Virus record (IMG/VR): IMGVR_UViG_3300013104_000019 | Location: 23,474-87,473 of that record | DNA: 64,000 nt | Strand: one strand, 5' to 3' | Origin: a virus | Lineage: Duplodnaviria; Heunggongvirae; Uroviricota; Caudoviricetes | Shown here: positions 27,727 to 36,764 of the stretch, in pieces | How positions within the stretch are numbered: the stretch's first letter is position 1 | How the letters are laid out: each line of letters opens with the position of its first letter | Position numbers and translations under genes: made by a program | The notes under the pieces: generated by a model | Told to the model about the DNA's origin: nothing | What the model saw: only the letters and a program-made list of their open reading frames with translations | Database searches by the model: none

Positions 27727-28626
27727 ATGGCCAGCCCCCTGAACAAACAACTCGATCACGCAGAAAAGAAATACGCCGTTCGTTTCGGTTGGTATCGCTA
27801 CGAAACCGAGCAAGACAAGGAAATGGAACTGGATCGCTTTAGCGAGCCTCCCGTTCAGCCGTTCATGTTCATGGACTACGATCCCGAAGTCGGTACGTTC
27901 TTACACGATTCACTGCAAGACGCCCGCGACCTCTATGATGTTAAGCGGATGGTGAGTCGCTTCATGGCCGTCGGCTTGCCTGCGACGCTGCGTGACGCTG
28001 ATCGGATGGAGAGGATCAAATTCGAAGCGATGACCGACGCAATCACGATTGACCAAGATGGTCAACTCTGTGTGAATTGGCATAACGGCGAACTTTTTAT
28101 CGAGGTCGTTGAGATCTATGAGAACGACATCGATGACATCAAAAACGGCGAAGAGCTGTACGAAGTAACGAAGGTGCTCGCCCGTTGGGAAGTACTGGCA
28201 AAAGCAAGCGACGATGCGTTCTTCCCGCCGTGGGAAATGGACAAGAATCACCAGAAGAACAAGGAAGAAGCACAGCGCATTCAGGACGAAGAAATCGTCA
28301 AGCCGTTCATCGATGACGAACGTCTGCGTAACTGGGTCGCTGCTCTCATCAATGCGGCCAACGACATGAAGCTCGAAGCGCACCACTTCAAGATCTTCGG
28401 TGTCCTGCACGAATCGGGCCAGATCACTGCTCGCATCTGCTGTCAACCGGATGCTCCCTATTCGGGCGATCAAGTCGTCTTGTTCAACCGATGCGATAAC
28501 TTCGAAGACCTCACCACGGTCGGTCAGCCGGCCAAGCTCGGGGAAGTACGCTGGTTCTTCGAGACTCACCATTCCACTCAAGCTCTGGAAGACTTCGACA
28601 CGTGGTTTAAGAGCAAGAACAGTTAG
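27727..28626 (+). CDS. hypothetical protein
   Basis: 299-aa ORF after terminator. Confidence 0.6.
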   Translation: MASPLNKQLDHAEKKYAVRFGWYRYETEQDKEMELDRFSEPPVQPFMFMDYDPEVGTFLHDSLQDARDLYDVKRMVSRFMAVGLPATLRDADRMERIKFEAMTDAITIDQDGQLCVNWHNGELFIEVVEIYENDIDDIKNGEELYEVTKVLARWEVLAKASDDAFFPPWEMDKNHQKNKEEAQRIQDEEIVKPFIDDERLRNWVAALINAANDMKLEAHHFKIFGVLHESGQITARICCQPDAPYSGDQVVLFNRCDNFEDLTTVGQPAKLGEVRWFFETHHSTQALEDFDTWFKSKNS

Positions 28627-28636
28627 TTAAAAGAAC

Positions 28637-28984
28637 ATGGTACCGCAAACAATCCTCTTAGAGTTTCCGGATGAGGTCAAAACACTCGCACTCACGTTAG
28701 AGTCATTTCACTTCAAGCCCTCGTTTATCGAAGGTTTGTTGGAGGACGTGGTGCAGTGTCTGAGAGATCGTTCGGAAGCTTATTCCAAGCTAGACGAATA
28801 CGTAGAAAATGTGCGAGGTAAAGAAGGGGATTATGTTGCGCGGTACGTCGATAAAATCGGAAGAAACATTTACCACCAACTCCTCGACATCAAGGCGTAC
28901 TTCTCGAATGGAAAGCTGCCGTATGTCTACGGCGAATTCCAGACGGACGTCTACTTGTCGTTGGAGTTGCATTGGGGTAACTAA
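28637..28984 (+). CDS. hypothetical protein
   Basis: 115-aa ORF. Confidence 0.5.
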   Translation: MVPQTILLEFPDEVKTLALTLESFHFKPSFIEGLLEDVVQCLRDRSEAYSKLDEYVENVRGKEGDYVARYVDKIGRNIYHQLLDIKAYFSNGKLPYVYGEFQTDVYLSLELHWGN

Positions 28985-28987
28985 GAA

Positions 28988-29404
28988 ATGAACGAACACA
29001 AGTACCGAATCTCGCTGTGCATTAAGCGCAGCAACGATCGCTTTCTCGGTGTGAAGGAAGCTCCGAGCTATGGCACGCGTGCATTGGGCGGCAACATGCT
29101 CTACCACTGGTTGCCGGAAGGTGAGTCGTACCCGCTCGACCTGACCAAGGAAGAAGCCCACGAAATCATCGAGAAGATCCTCGCGGCAAAGATGCCGGAC
29201 AATGTACATGACTTCGATACGTGGTCTATCCTCAAGATGCAAGCCTGTCTTGACACGACTTGCTATCAGCCGGACGAGGACTACGAATGGAAGATGGATG
29301 AACATCTCCATCCGGTCTACATCGGTCTGCACCGCACCGATATCGGTTGCGACGAATCGCAGTGGGAACTCCAGCTCAACCAATCACAAGTACGGGGGTA
29401 CTGA
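28988..29404 (+). CDS. hypothetical protein
   Basis: 138-aa ORF. Confidence 0.55.
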   Translation: MNEHKYRISLCIKRSNDRFLGVKEAPSYGTRALGGNMLYHWLPEGESYPLDLTKEEAHEIIEKILAAKMPDNVHDFDTWSILKMQACLDTTCYQPDEDYEWKMDEHLHPVYIGLHRTDIGCDESQWELQLNQSQVRGY

Positions 29405-29405
29405 C

Positions 29406-29585
29406 ATGAGCTTACTTCCCACTGGCAAGGAAAGCTGTTCGGAAACGGGCTGTCCGTTGTCGTTCTGTGATTGTCCGTGTCATCGCGGCATGGGTGTCAT
29501 GCATTGCATGCCGTGCTGCCACATGGAGAAGTGCGGCAAGACGTTCTTCAACGTCACGGCTAACTATTCCAAGCTCGGAGGTTAA
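29406..29585 (+). CDS. small Cys/His-rich metal-binding protein (59 aa)
   Basis: Trimmed to MSLLPTGKESCSETGCPLSFCDCPCHRGMGVMHCMPCCHMEKCGKTF. The Cys/His motif is shared with 29898..30329. Confidence 0.45.
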   Translation: MSLLPTGKESCSETGCPLSFCDCPCHRGMGVMHCMPCCHMEKCGKTFFNVTANYSKLGG

Positions 29586-29586
29586 G

Positions 29587-29886
29587 ATGGCAGTCGGACA
29601 TCCCGATACGTACATTATCCTGATGCTGTTTCGTCGTGATCTTCTTGCTGGTGAGCGCGACAAGCCCATCGAAGAAATCACATGGGCGGATCTTCGGGTG
29701 ACGAGAAAAGACGCAGAGCGCTCGGACCGCGTTGACTTCATCGACCTGGACGGCACCTGCCGGACGTTGAAACAACGCAATCAGCACGAGGAGTTTCCTA
29801 AGAAGGCACGTTCGATTGTGCGTCCGGAATCCTTCGATTTTCTTAAGGTACGCGACGCTATGCCGTGGTGGAATGGCCTTTATTGA
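29587..29886 (+). CDS. hypothetical protein
   Basis: Trimmed to MAVGHPD after RBS ctcggaggttaagATG. Confidence 0.5.
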   Translation: MAVGHPDTYIILMLFRRDLLAGERDKPIEEITWADLRVTRKDAERSDRVDFIDLDGTCRTLKQRNQHEEFPKKARSIVRPESFDFLKVRDAMPWWNGLY

Positions 29887-29897
29887 GAGGAAGCACC

Positions 29898-30329
29898 ATG
29901 TCACGAGTACCGATCAAGACGTGTGAGCGCGCAGACTGTCCGAACAACAAGTGCCTGTGTTCGTGCCATGGCGTTGCTTTTATCGACCACATGTTCGCTT
30001 GCTGTGAAACCATACAGTGCAGTACATGTGGCGAGAAGGTTGGTGGTGTTGCGGCTGACGGCGGCGTCTACTACAAGGAAGCATCGCCGGTCAAGAATCC
30101 GCTGATCGAGCAGGCAGCAGTGGATCGCCATGAGCGTCCTCTGCGCACGCGCACTTGTAGGGCGTGCGATTGGAACGTGAGTTCGTACAACTGCAATCCT
30201 ACCTTGGTCGCTTTGCGTCCGGAAGCGAGTGTGTGGGACTGGTGGTACGCCTGCGATAATGGCAACTGCGAGCATGCGCATGGCGAGGGATACTTCCAAG
30301 CAACACCCGATTGGGTGAAGATAAACTAA
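29898..30329 (+). CDS. Cys/His-rich protein (paralogous metal-binding motif)
   Basis: [42 protein letters not shown] parallels CDCPCHRGMGVMHCMPCCHMEKCGKT of the 59-aa gene. Further Cys pairs occur downstream. Confidence 0.55.
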   Translation: MSRVPIKTCERADCPNNKCLCSCHGVAFIDHMFACCETIQCSTCGEKVGGVAADGGVYYKEASPVKNPLIEQAAVDRHERPLRTRTCRACDWNVSSYNCNPTLVALRPEASVWDWWYACDNGNCEHAHGEGYFQATPDWVKIN

Positions 30330-30339
30330 AGGAAAAGCA

Positions 30340-31173
30340 ATGAGCATCAAATCAGATCGCTGGATTCGGCGCATGTGTACGCCCCCGGATGGCACGTGGG
30401 GTATGGGTTACAGCAAGCTGCCGGTCAACAAAGTCGGCGAGCAATATGTGGTCCGCGAAAACGGACTGCCGCTCATCATGTGCAATCCCAACATGCGGGT
30501 CGAAGACTGTGAAGAGTTCACGCCGTACACGGATGAACAGAAAGCGCAGTTCAAGCCGATGATCGAGCCGTTCGAAGCCGGCCAGGTGAAGGTAAAGCAT
30601 CGGTATATTCATCCGGATCTACCGACGTGGAAAGCTGATCTGGAACTGGCGACTCAGCAACGCGGATGCGGACCGGATGTCGATGGTGACACCGTGTTGG
30701 AAAAGATCGTGTCCTACGGTACCTCTTCCTACGGCTACGATCTGCGCTGCTCGAACAAGTTCAAGATCTTCACCAACATCAACTCCACGGTGATCGATCC
30801 GAAGAACTTCGACGAGAAGAGCTTCGTGGACTTCGAAGGCGACGTCTGCATCATCCCGCCGAATTCGTTTGCGCTCGCATCCAGCGTCGAGTATTTCCGC
30901 ATTCCGCGTGACGTGCTGACGGTGTGCTTGGGTAAGTCGACCTACGCGCGCTGCGGCATCATCGTGAACGTCACACCCTTCGAGCCGGAATGGGAAGGCT
31001 ACGTCACGCTGGAATTCTCCAACACGACGCCGTTGCCGGCGAAGATCTACGCCAACGAAGGTGTCGCGCAAGTACTCTTCTTCCAAGGCGATGAAGTGTG
31101 CGAGACGTCGTACAAGGATCGCGCTGGCAAGTACATGAACCAATCTGCGGAACCGATTCCGCCGAGGACGTAA
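30340..31173 (+). CDS. dcd: dCTP deaminase (dUTPase-fold) with ~90-aa insertion
   Basis: [12 protein letters not shown] aligns with Dcd [26 protein letters not shown] aligns with [43 protein letters not shown] aligns with [33 protein letters not shown]. An extra segment sits between the first two blocks. Confidence 0.8.
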   Translation: MSIKSDRWIRRMCTPPDGTWGMGYSKLPVNKVGEQYVVRENGLPLIMCNPNMRVEDCEEFTPYTDEQKAQFKPMIEPFEAGQVKVKHRYIHPDLPTWKADLELATQQRGCGPDVDGDTVLEKIVSYGTSSYGYDLRCSNKFKIFTNINSTVIDPKNFDEKSFVDFEGDVCIIPPNSFALASSVEYFRIPRDVLTVCLGKSTYARCGIIVNVTPFEPEWEGYVTLEFSNTTPLPAKIYANEGVAQVLFFQGDEVCETSYKDRAGKYMNQSAEPIPPRT

Positions 31174-31208
31174 ATCATGGATAACGATACTTTCCGGGAG
31201 ACTTTGTC

Positions 31209-31448
31209 ATGATTGAATTCCGACGAGATTCGACGGGTAAGATCACGCAAGTCGACGGTGATCGCGTGCCCAATGATTATCGTGAACCGGATTTTGCGGA
31301 ACACGATAAACGACTAACAAGTGTCCACTGCTGGCTGACTTACATCACGCCTGCGATGCAGGAAATCTGGCCGACGTTTTCGGATGAGCAGAAAGCCATC
31401 ATTGCAGTGGGCGCACAGGAAACGGCGGATGCCGAAGACTGGGAGTAA
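31209..31448 (+). CDS. small hypothetical protein
   Basis: 79-aa ORF. Confidence 0.45.
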   Translation: MIEFRRDSTGKITQVDGDRVPNDYREPDFAEHDKRLTSVHCWLTYITPAMQEIWPTFSDEQKAIIAVGAQETADAEDWE

Positions 31449-31585
31449 AATGGCGTCTGCCATGGTCGCAGCGAAACGCTTGGCTCGGACTCGCGTCCCG
31501 AGATTGATACGGCTCTCTTCCAGAAGAGCCTGGGTTAAAAGTAAAAGCAACAACAACCAGTAGTCCAACAAAGGAAAGTAAGAAA

Positions 31586-32497
31586 ATGGGATCGATCCTC
31601 TTTTTGGTGTTTCTGAGCATCATCGCTTTTACCGGGGTGTGTTTCTTGACTGCGCTACTCAAGAAGCGACCTATCGTCGCAATGGGACAGGAGCGCATTC
31701 CCCGCAAGCCGAACTTCTATCTGGCGGGTATCGCAGCAGTAGTGGTCTTCCTCGTTGGCTTGGCGCTTGCCAGCTTCACGCAGGTACGAGCCTCCAATGT
31801 CGGCATCGTGACGCAGTTCGGGGAAGTGATGACCGATACGCTCTCGGAAGGCCCGCACTTCGTCCGTCCGTGGGAAGTCGTGACTTCGGTATTCGTCGGT
31901 CTGGATGTGACCAAGGCGGAAGGCGCGCAAGCTGCCTCGAAGGACTTGCAGACGGTCCACACCGATCTCGTGGCGAACTTCCGTGTCGACCCGCTCAAGG
32001 CGAAAGCACTCTTCGAGAAAGACCCGGCGCTCAATTACGTGGGCAACTATGTGAATCCGGCGATCTTCGAAGTGTTCAAAGCGGTGGTTGCACGCTACAC
32101 GGCTGAAGAACTCGTGACCAAGCGCAATGAAGTCTCGGAAGCTATCGTGACCGCGTTGCGCACCAAGCTGGGCCAGTACGGCTTGATCGTGCAAGACATC
32201 AACATCACGAACTTCAAGTTCAGCAAGGCATTCGACGACGCGATCGAAGCGAAGGTGACGGCAAGCCAGAACGCCGAGAAAGCTTCGCGCGATTTGCAGC
32301 GTATCCAGTTCGAAGCTGAGCAGAAGGTCGCGCAAGCCAAGGGTGAAGCCGAGTCGATTCGAATTCAGTCCGAAGCGATTCAACAAAACGGCGGTGAAGC
32401 CTACTTGCGCATGAAGACCATCGAGCGCTGGAACGGCGCACTGCCGCAGTACGTCGGCGCAGGTAATCCGATGTCGATGTTCAGCCTCAACAAGTAA
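31586..32497 (+). CDS. SPFH/band-7 (prohibitin/HflC-like) membrane protein
   Basis: Two N-terminal TM helices, then ...VGIVTQFGEV...GPHFVRPWEVV...VHTDLVANFRVDP... and a long Ala/Gln/Glu-rich coiled coil, the typical SPFH domain layout. RBS aaaggaaagtaagaaaATG. Confidence 0.8.
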   Translation: MGSILFLVFLSIIAFTGVCFLTALLKKRPIVAMGQERIPRKPNFYLAGIAAVVVFLVGLALASFTQVRASNVGIVTQFGEVMTDTLSEGPHFVRPWEVVTSVFVGLDVTKAEGAQAASKDLQTVHTDLVANFRVDPLKAKALFEKDPALNYVGNYVNPAIFEVFKAVVARYTAEELVTKRNEVSEAIVTALRTKLGQYGLIVQDINITNFKFSKAFDDAIEAKVTASQNAEKASRDLQRIQFEAEQKVAQAKGEAESIRIQSEAIQQNGGEAYLRMKTIERWNGALPQYVGAGNPMSMFSLNK

Positions 32498-32516
32498 GCC
32501 TAGCGGTGCTAGGGGG

Positions 32517-32548
32517 AGCCGGGTGGACACCCACCCGGCTTTATGCCC
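32517..32548 (+). terminator. intrinsic terminator with TTTATGCC tail
   Basis: agccgggtggacacccacccggct then ttatgccc. Confidence 0.7.
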
Positions 32549-32606
32549 TCGATTTATCGCTTTTTACTGGGTTAGTCGATTGTGTGGAATAACTAAGGAG
32601 TGAATC

Positions 32607-32975
32607 ATGTCCGATAAGAAAGAGTACTACGTAGTGGACGCAGACGCCTTGCGGCGGATACTGAACGCTTTGAATGGTCCGAGCCATTACATCCGGGAAT
32701 TGCAAGTGACCCGCAATCTTCCTGGCTCTGAACCCAATCCGATCGATGTGATCGAGAAGCAGGTCAAGATGCAGGAAAATCTTCCCTCTGATGTCGATCT
32801 GCGCGAAATGGAATTCGGGGGCAACAATGTAGAGACACTGAAGTTCGCTATCAATGCGCGTACTGCTTCGCACAGTCCTAATGCAGCAGGATTAGCGCTT
32901 AAGGCATTGGAGCCCGTGTACTGCAAAGCAGGCGGTTGGAAAATTCCCACTGCGGAGAAAAGCAATGTACGTTAA
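32607..32975 (+). CDS. hypothetical protein
   Basis: RBS aactaaggagtgaatcATG. Confidence 0.5.
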   Translation: MSDKKEYYVVDADALRRILNALNGPSHYIRELQVTRNLPGSEPNPIDVIEKQVKMQENLPSDVDLREMEFGGNNVETLKFAINARTASHSPNAAGLALKALEPVYCKAGGWKIPTAEKSNVR

Positions 32976-33585
32976 TGGGGTCGACAAGAGAAAGCCAGTC
33001 TGGTGGGCATGGGGTGACGGGGGTCACCGCATCGAGTGGGGTTTTGGTGGCCCTTATCCGGTGATTGCTCCGCCAGTTGTTGCAGGGCAGCTGAACAATC
33101 CTCATCCGCACTGGTCAACGAGTGCGGAAGAGCTTACAGCGATGCCGAAGAATTACTCTGGCTGGGCGCTGAAGCATCATGAGAGAAAACAAACGATCGA
33201 GGAGTTCAACCAAGGAATAGCGGCAGTCGAGCACGACTTCGTTTATTTCTTCTTGCGTCGATTGCTGGACGTATCGGATTATCGCGTCGTCATCAGGCTC
33301 AATCCTACGCAACTGCGCGCCACGCGTGGTGCTCGTAAGGACTTTCTCGAATTGACAGATAAGGAAGACGACGAAACGAAGACGCCGATGATCATCTCGG
33401 AGCTTGCGCTTTACGATGAAGAGTTGAAATTCATCGGCAGAATCAATCCCTTCCATGCGGTCAATTCTGGCAGCGATAGTTTGGAGATCGTGATCGATAC
33501 GCGCAGTCAGGCAGAGATCGATGCAAGCAATGCGGCGTGGGAACGTACGGAACGCGATCGCGTAGCACGCGGTGCGATGATGTAA
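32965..33585 (+). CDS. hypothetical protein
   Basis: 206-aa ORF overlapping the upstream end; terminator follows. Confidence 0.5.
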   Translation: MYVNGVDKRKPVWWAWGDGGHRIEWGFGGPYPVIAPPVVAGQLNNPHPHWSTSAEELTAMPKNYSGWALKHHERKQTIEEFNQGIAAVEHDFVYFFLRRLLDVSDYRVVIRLNPTQLRATRGARKDFLELTDKEDDETKTPMIISELALYDEELKFIGRINPFHAVNSGSDSLEIVIDTRSQAEIDASNAAWERTERDRVARGAMM

Positions 33586-33590
33586 TCGAC

Positions 33591-33620
33591 CGGGGTCTTC
33601 GGACCCCTTTCTTTTTTTGT
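33591..33620 (+). terminator. intrinsic terminator
   Basis: ggggtcTTCGgacccc then tttctttttttg. Confidence 0.8.
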
Positions 33621-33630
33621 TTCAAACGGA

Positions 33631-33660
33631 TTTCAGTCACATATTACTCCTTGGATTAAC
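33631..33660 (+). promoter_or_regulatory. related motif D (TTTCAGTCACATATTACTCCTTGG)
   Basis: Intergenic after a terminator, upstream of 33674. Confidence 0.4.
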
Positions 33661-33673
33661 AGGAGTAATTCAA

Positions 33674-34051
33674 ATGAGAAACGAACTAATCTACAAGCTG
33701 ATTCAAGACGTTTTGATTGCAGCAGAACACACACCGGTTGATCTGACGTACTTTGACAAGCATCCGGCAACGGGCATCATCTTCCGCCTGCAAAGAAGAA
33801 AAACCAGCCTGACTATCGTCAGCTGGCGTGAAGTTTCCATTCGCGTGTATGCACCTTTACCCAATGCACGGCGCGTCTTGTGTAACGCGAAGTACTCGGT
33901 CAAAATCCTTGACCGCAGTCCTGATGTAAGTCCCAAGAACGCTGCACTTGAAGAAGACATCTTCAAGCGTGAATACGACTTGACAGAAGATCACGATGCA
34001 CTGGTGAAAGCCATCATTGCGTATCTGAAAAGAGAGAAAAATCCTACCTAA
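33674..34051 (+). CDS. hypothetical protein
   Basis: Trimmed to MRNELIYK after RBS caggagtaattcaaATG, downstream of promoter-like motif D. Confidence 0.5.
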   Translation: MRNELIYKLIQDVLIAAEHTPVDLTYFDKHPATGIIFRLQRRKTSLTIVSWREVSIRVYAPLPNARRVLCNAKYSVKILDRSPDVSPKNAALEEDIFKREYDLTEDHDALVKAIIAYLKREKNPT

Positions 34052-34080
34052 GAACAGCAGCGGAAGCTTAAGAATACCTA

Positions 34081-34104
34081 TTTACATTCGAAGGAAATAG
34101 CATG
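34081..34104 (+). promoter_or_regulatory. TTTACATTCGAAGGAA leader motif, copy 2
   Basis: tttACATTCGAAGGAAatagcATG. Confidence 0.5.
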
Positions 34105-34776
34105 AATAAGATCGAACAATACAAAGAACTCATCGAACAAATCGAAGCGTTCTTCAAGTCGAAGCTGGATGGGAAGTTCTCGGAATGGAGCCTCACTTAC
34201 AACAACCATCACGGATGTTACGTCAAGCTTAAAGACGAGCACGAAGACTTCATGCTGCATCCGAATTCCAGCCACAACGTTCTCGGCTACAACGTTCTCG
34301 CAATGGCAACATGGGTGCAGGGCGAAGCAGATCGTAGTCGTGCGGTGGAAGAAGACCGAGTTTGGGAACTCCACTACAATGCGAAAGATAACAGCCCGTC
34401 TGTTAGCTACGCTGCGTCGACTCTACTGGGCTTGCTTAGTGGGTTAGATTTCGTCAATCTGACATCGGCTAATGCTGAACCAGTTAGCGCGCTGGAAAGT
34501 ATGCTTCAATCGCTGCTTGTTGGCGAGTACGCTGACCTCAGTTTCCGGTCGATGACGCACCAACTGACCGACACCATGCCGCCGTGCGAGTCGTTCGATG
34601 AACTAATAAAGGTTCTCAGCATCCAGATGGACGAGTTTTCCACGCCGGAAGAATACGAGCGTTTCAAACAAACGCACTCCGAAGTGGAATTCACGTGGTA
34701 TCCGAACACTCCTGTTGGCTGTCACACTGTGCGCGGCGTTGAGTTGTACTCGGTTCTGGCTGCTGTTTTTGAATAA
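34102..34776 (+). CDS. hypothetical protein
   Basis: Preceded by TTTACATTCGAAGGAAATAGCATG. Confidence 0.55.
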   Translation: MNKIEQYKELIEQIEAFFKSKLDGKFSEWSLTYNNHHGCYVKLKDEHEDFMLHPNSSHNVLGYNVLAMATWVQGEADRSRAVEEDRVWELHYNAKDNSPSVSYAASTLLGLLSGLDFVNLTSANAEPVSALESMLQSLLVGEYADLSFRSMTHQLTDTMPPCESFDELIKVLSIQMDEFSTPEEYERFKQTHSEVEFTWYPNTPVGCHTVRGVELYSVLAAVFE

Positions 34777-34786
34777 GGAGAGAGCG

Positions 34787-35131
34787 ATGAGTGCAGTAAG
34801 CGAAGTAAAGCCGTGGATTGAACCGTGCGTTGTCTTTCTCTGCATGGTTCACGATCTCAACTTTCCCGATCCGCGTGGTCCGGACTTCGGTCGATGGTAT
34901 CTGAGCTTCGGGGAAGATCTGACCATGAAAGATGGCACAGTGGTCGGGTTCGATCGCCGTCTCGAACATGCCATGCCGATGACGCTTGAAGCGGCGAATG
35001 CTCGGCTTGAAGAAATCAAGACAAATCCCGATGCGATGTGTATTCTGACATCGACACCTCCCGATAGGGAACCTCACCCCTATCACTGGGAAATGTTGAT
35101 GTACAGTCATGCAGCTACGATACAGCCGTAA
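34787..35131 (+). CDS. hypothetical protein
   Basis: Trimmed to MSAVSEVK after RBS aaggagagagcgATG. Confidence 0.5.
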   Translation: MSAVSEVKPWIEPCVVFLCMVHDLNFPDPRGPDFGRWYLSFGEDLTMKDGTVVGFDRRLEHAMPMTLEAANARLEEIKTNPDAMCILTSTPPDREPHPYHWEMLMYSHAATIQP

Positions 35132-35159
35132 CAAACTGGACGGAGAAGTAACGGCATAA

Positions 35160-35179
35160 GGGGAGGCTTTCGCCTCCCC
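35160..35179. terminator. bidirectional terminator between convergent genes
   Basis: ggggaggctttcgcctcccc. On the minus strand it is followed by CTTATGCCGT. Confidence 0.65.
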
Positions 35180-35184
35180 GCGCA

Positions 35185-35931
35185 TTAGGAGATCTTGCTG
35201 ATCGTCCAGAAGTCTTCTGCCAGATTGGGGTTCAGCACGTAGTCGAACGGAAGCGTGAAGTAGCCCTTCATACCCCAGCTTTCACCCCAGCTGTTACGAA
35301 CGATGAAGTAGCGATCCTTGCGATCGTACCCTACGATCAGGACAGCGTGACCACCCTGGCATTGTTCGTTTTCAGCCGGCATCGGAACCTCACCGGTCTG
35401 TGCCACGGCATCCGACTCGAAACTGTCGTACACCATGATGCCGAACACGATCGGGAAACCAGACGCGAGTGCATGCAGCAGATCGTCTTCCGTTTGCATC
35501 ACGCGACGGTATTCGATCGCACGATGGTTCAGACCATCGTTGTAGGCTTCCATGGAAGGCTTGAACTTGAACTTCTTGGTGTCGTACGGCCAGAGCGTTT
35601 CATCGCACGCGCCGTACTGGACGAGCGTTTTGATGCCATCACGGATTTGAGCACCGCCGTCTTGCCCGATGTCTCCTTCAAGCATGCGTTCGTTGTAGTA
35701 CACGAACAACCGCGACAGACGAATCGGTTGTTCGCGCTGAGCGTTCTCAGCGTATTCGAGTGCTCCAACGATTGCATGGCCCGTACAGCAGCCAAGATCG
35801 CCTTGGTCTTCAACAGCAGAACAACCGGTACGCAGGTCGACACGATCGGGAATCGTGATCGGTTCGACTGCCTTGTAAATGTGGTCTCGGGAATCGTGCT
35901 TGTCCTTGGCGTGGACATACTTGCGTTTCAT
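35185..35931 (-). CDS. papain-like cysteine peptidase (family C1)
   Basis: QGDLGCCTGHAIVGAL (catalytic-Cys region), CQGGHAVLIVGYD (catalytic His) and NSWGESWGMKGYF (Asn plus the SWG..G.GY signature) occur in the canonical C1 order. This is the only minus-strand gene in ~58 kb. Confidence 0.8.
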   Translation of the reverse strand: MKRKYVHAKDKHDSRDHIYKAVEPITIPDRVDLRTGCSAVEDQGDLGCCTGHAIVGALEYAENAQREQPIRLSRLFVYYNERMLEGDIGQDGGAQIRDGIKTLVQYGACDETLWPYDTKKFKFKPSMEAYNDGLNHRAIEYRRVMQTEDDLLHALASGFPIVFGIMVYDSFESDAVAQTGEVPMPAENEQCQGGHAVLIVGYDRKDRYFIVRNSWGESWGMKGYFTLPFDYVLNPNLAEDFWTISKIS

Positions 35932-35962
35932 GTTTCACCCTTAGTTTTTTGAAGTGGGATAC

Positions 35963-35987
35963 TTCATAAAATTCGAATTATTTTTTA
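35963..35987. promoter_or_regulatory. perfect palindrome AATTCGAATT in divergent intergenic region (candidate operator)
   Basis: ttcataaAATTCGAATTatttttta, between the minus-strand peptidase and the plus-strand gene 36006. Confidence 0.45.
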
Positions 35988-36005
35988 TCTAGAAAGGAGT
36001 CTTTC

Positions 36006-36356
36006 ATGAGCACAATCACGTATGACGATCAGGAAAAGTTCATCGACTGGATGAACATGTCGTGCGCTACGCCCGACATATTTCGCAGCATCCGTAACTG
36101 GGTGGTGCAACACATCCGTGAAAGTATGGTCGAGCATCCGGAGGGTGATCCGGGTGTGTCGTATGTCCTCACGCCGGGCGAGATCGTTCTCTCGGATCAG
36201 TCCAACGCAACGGGCTACGAGTTCGAATTGCTGATCTCGTACAGCCGTACCGACATCAGCCGCAAGACGTGCTACTTGCTCGTCAACAACGAAGGCAAGA
36301 TCGCCAACTTCGTCTACTTCGAGGACGTGCTGTCCATCAAGAAGGAACAAGCGTAA
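36006..36356 (+). CDS. hypothetical protein
   Basis: RBS agaaaggagtctttcATG. Confidence 0.55.
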   Translation: MSTITYDDQEKFIDWMNMSCATPDIFRSIRNWVVQHIRESMVEHPEGDPGVSYVLTPGEIVLSDQSNATGYEFELLISYSRTDISRKTCYLLVNNEGKIANFVYFEDVLSIKKEQA

Positions 36357-36404
36357 CTCGCGATTAAAAGCTAGTGCGCCCGGAAAGCGTATGGGAGGTA
36401 TTCC

Positions 36405-36764
36405 ATGAAAGTTGGCAAAACCATTCTCGGCTTTGACGCACTCGAAATCATTGCGAGGACTTCGAATGATTCAGCAGGCTTAAAGACCTTGCTGGCGAAT
36501 CTTGCAATGGAAGAGGTGGAAAAAGCCAAAGCAAGGCTGGCAGTCGAATCCGGCATTACGTTTCGTGCGATGTTCGTCGAAGAGATGGACTTCGCAGGCA
36601 GGCCGTCTTTGACGGGTTATCTTCTCGACTACAAAGCAGGTCCTGCTCAGCCGGTTGATGACCCGTCCATGTATCACTACGCGCATTACTTCATCGAACT
36701 CGATGCAAGTGGCGCGTACGTGCAGCTTTACCGAATCGACAACTACCCTGATGAGGAGCAGTGA
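36405..36764 (+). CDS. hypothetical protein
   Basis: RBS gggaggtattccATG. Confidence 0.55.
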   Translation: MKVGKTILGFDALEIIARTSNDSAGLKTLLANLAMEEVEKAKARLAVESGITFRAMFVEEMDFAGRPSLTGYLLDYKAGPAQPVDDPSMYHYAHYFIELDASGAYVQLYRIDNYPDEEQ

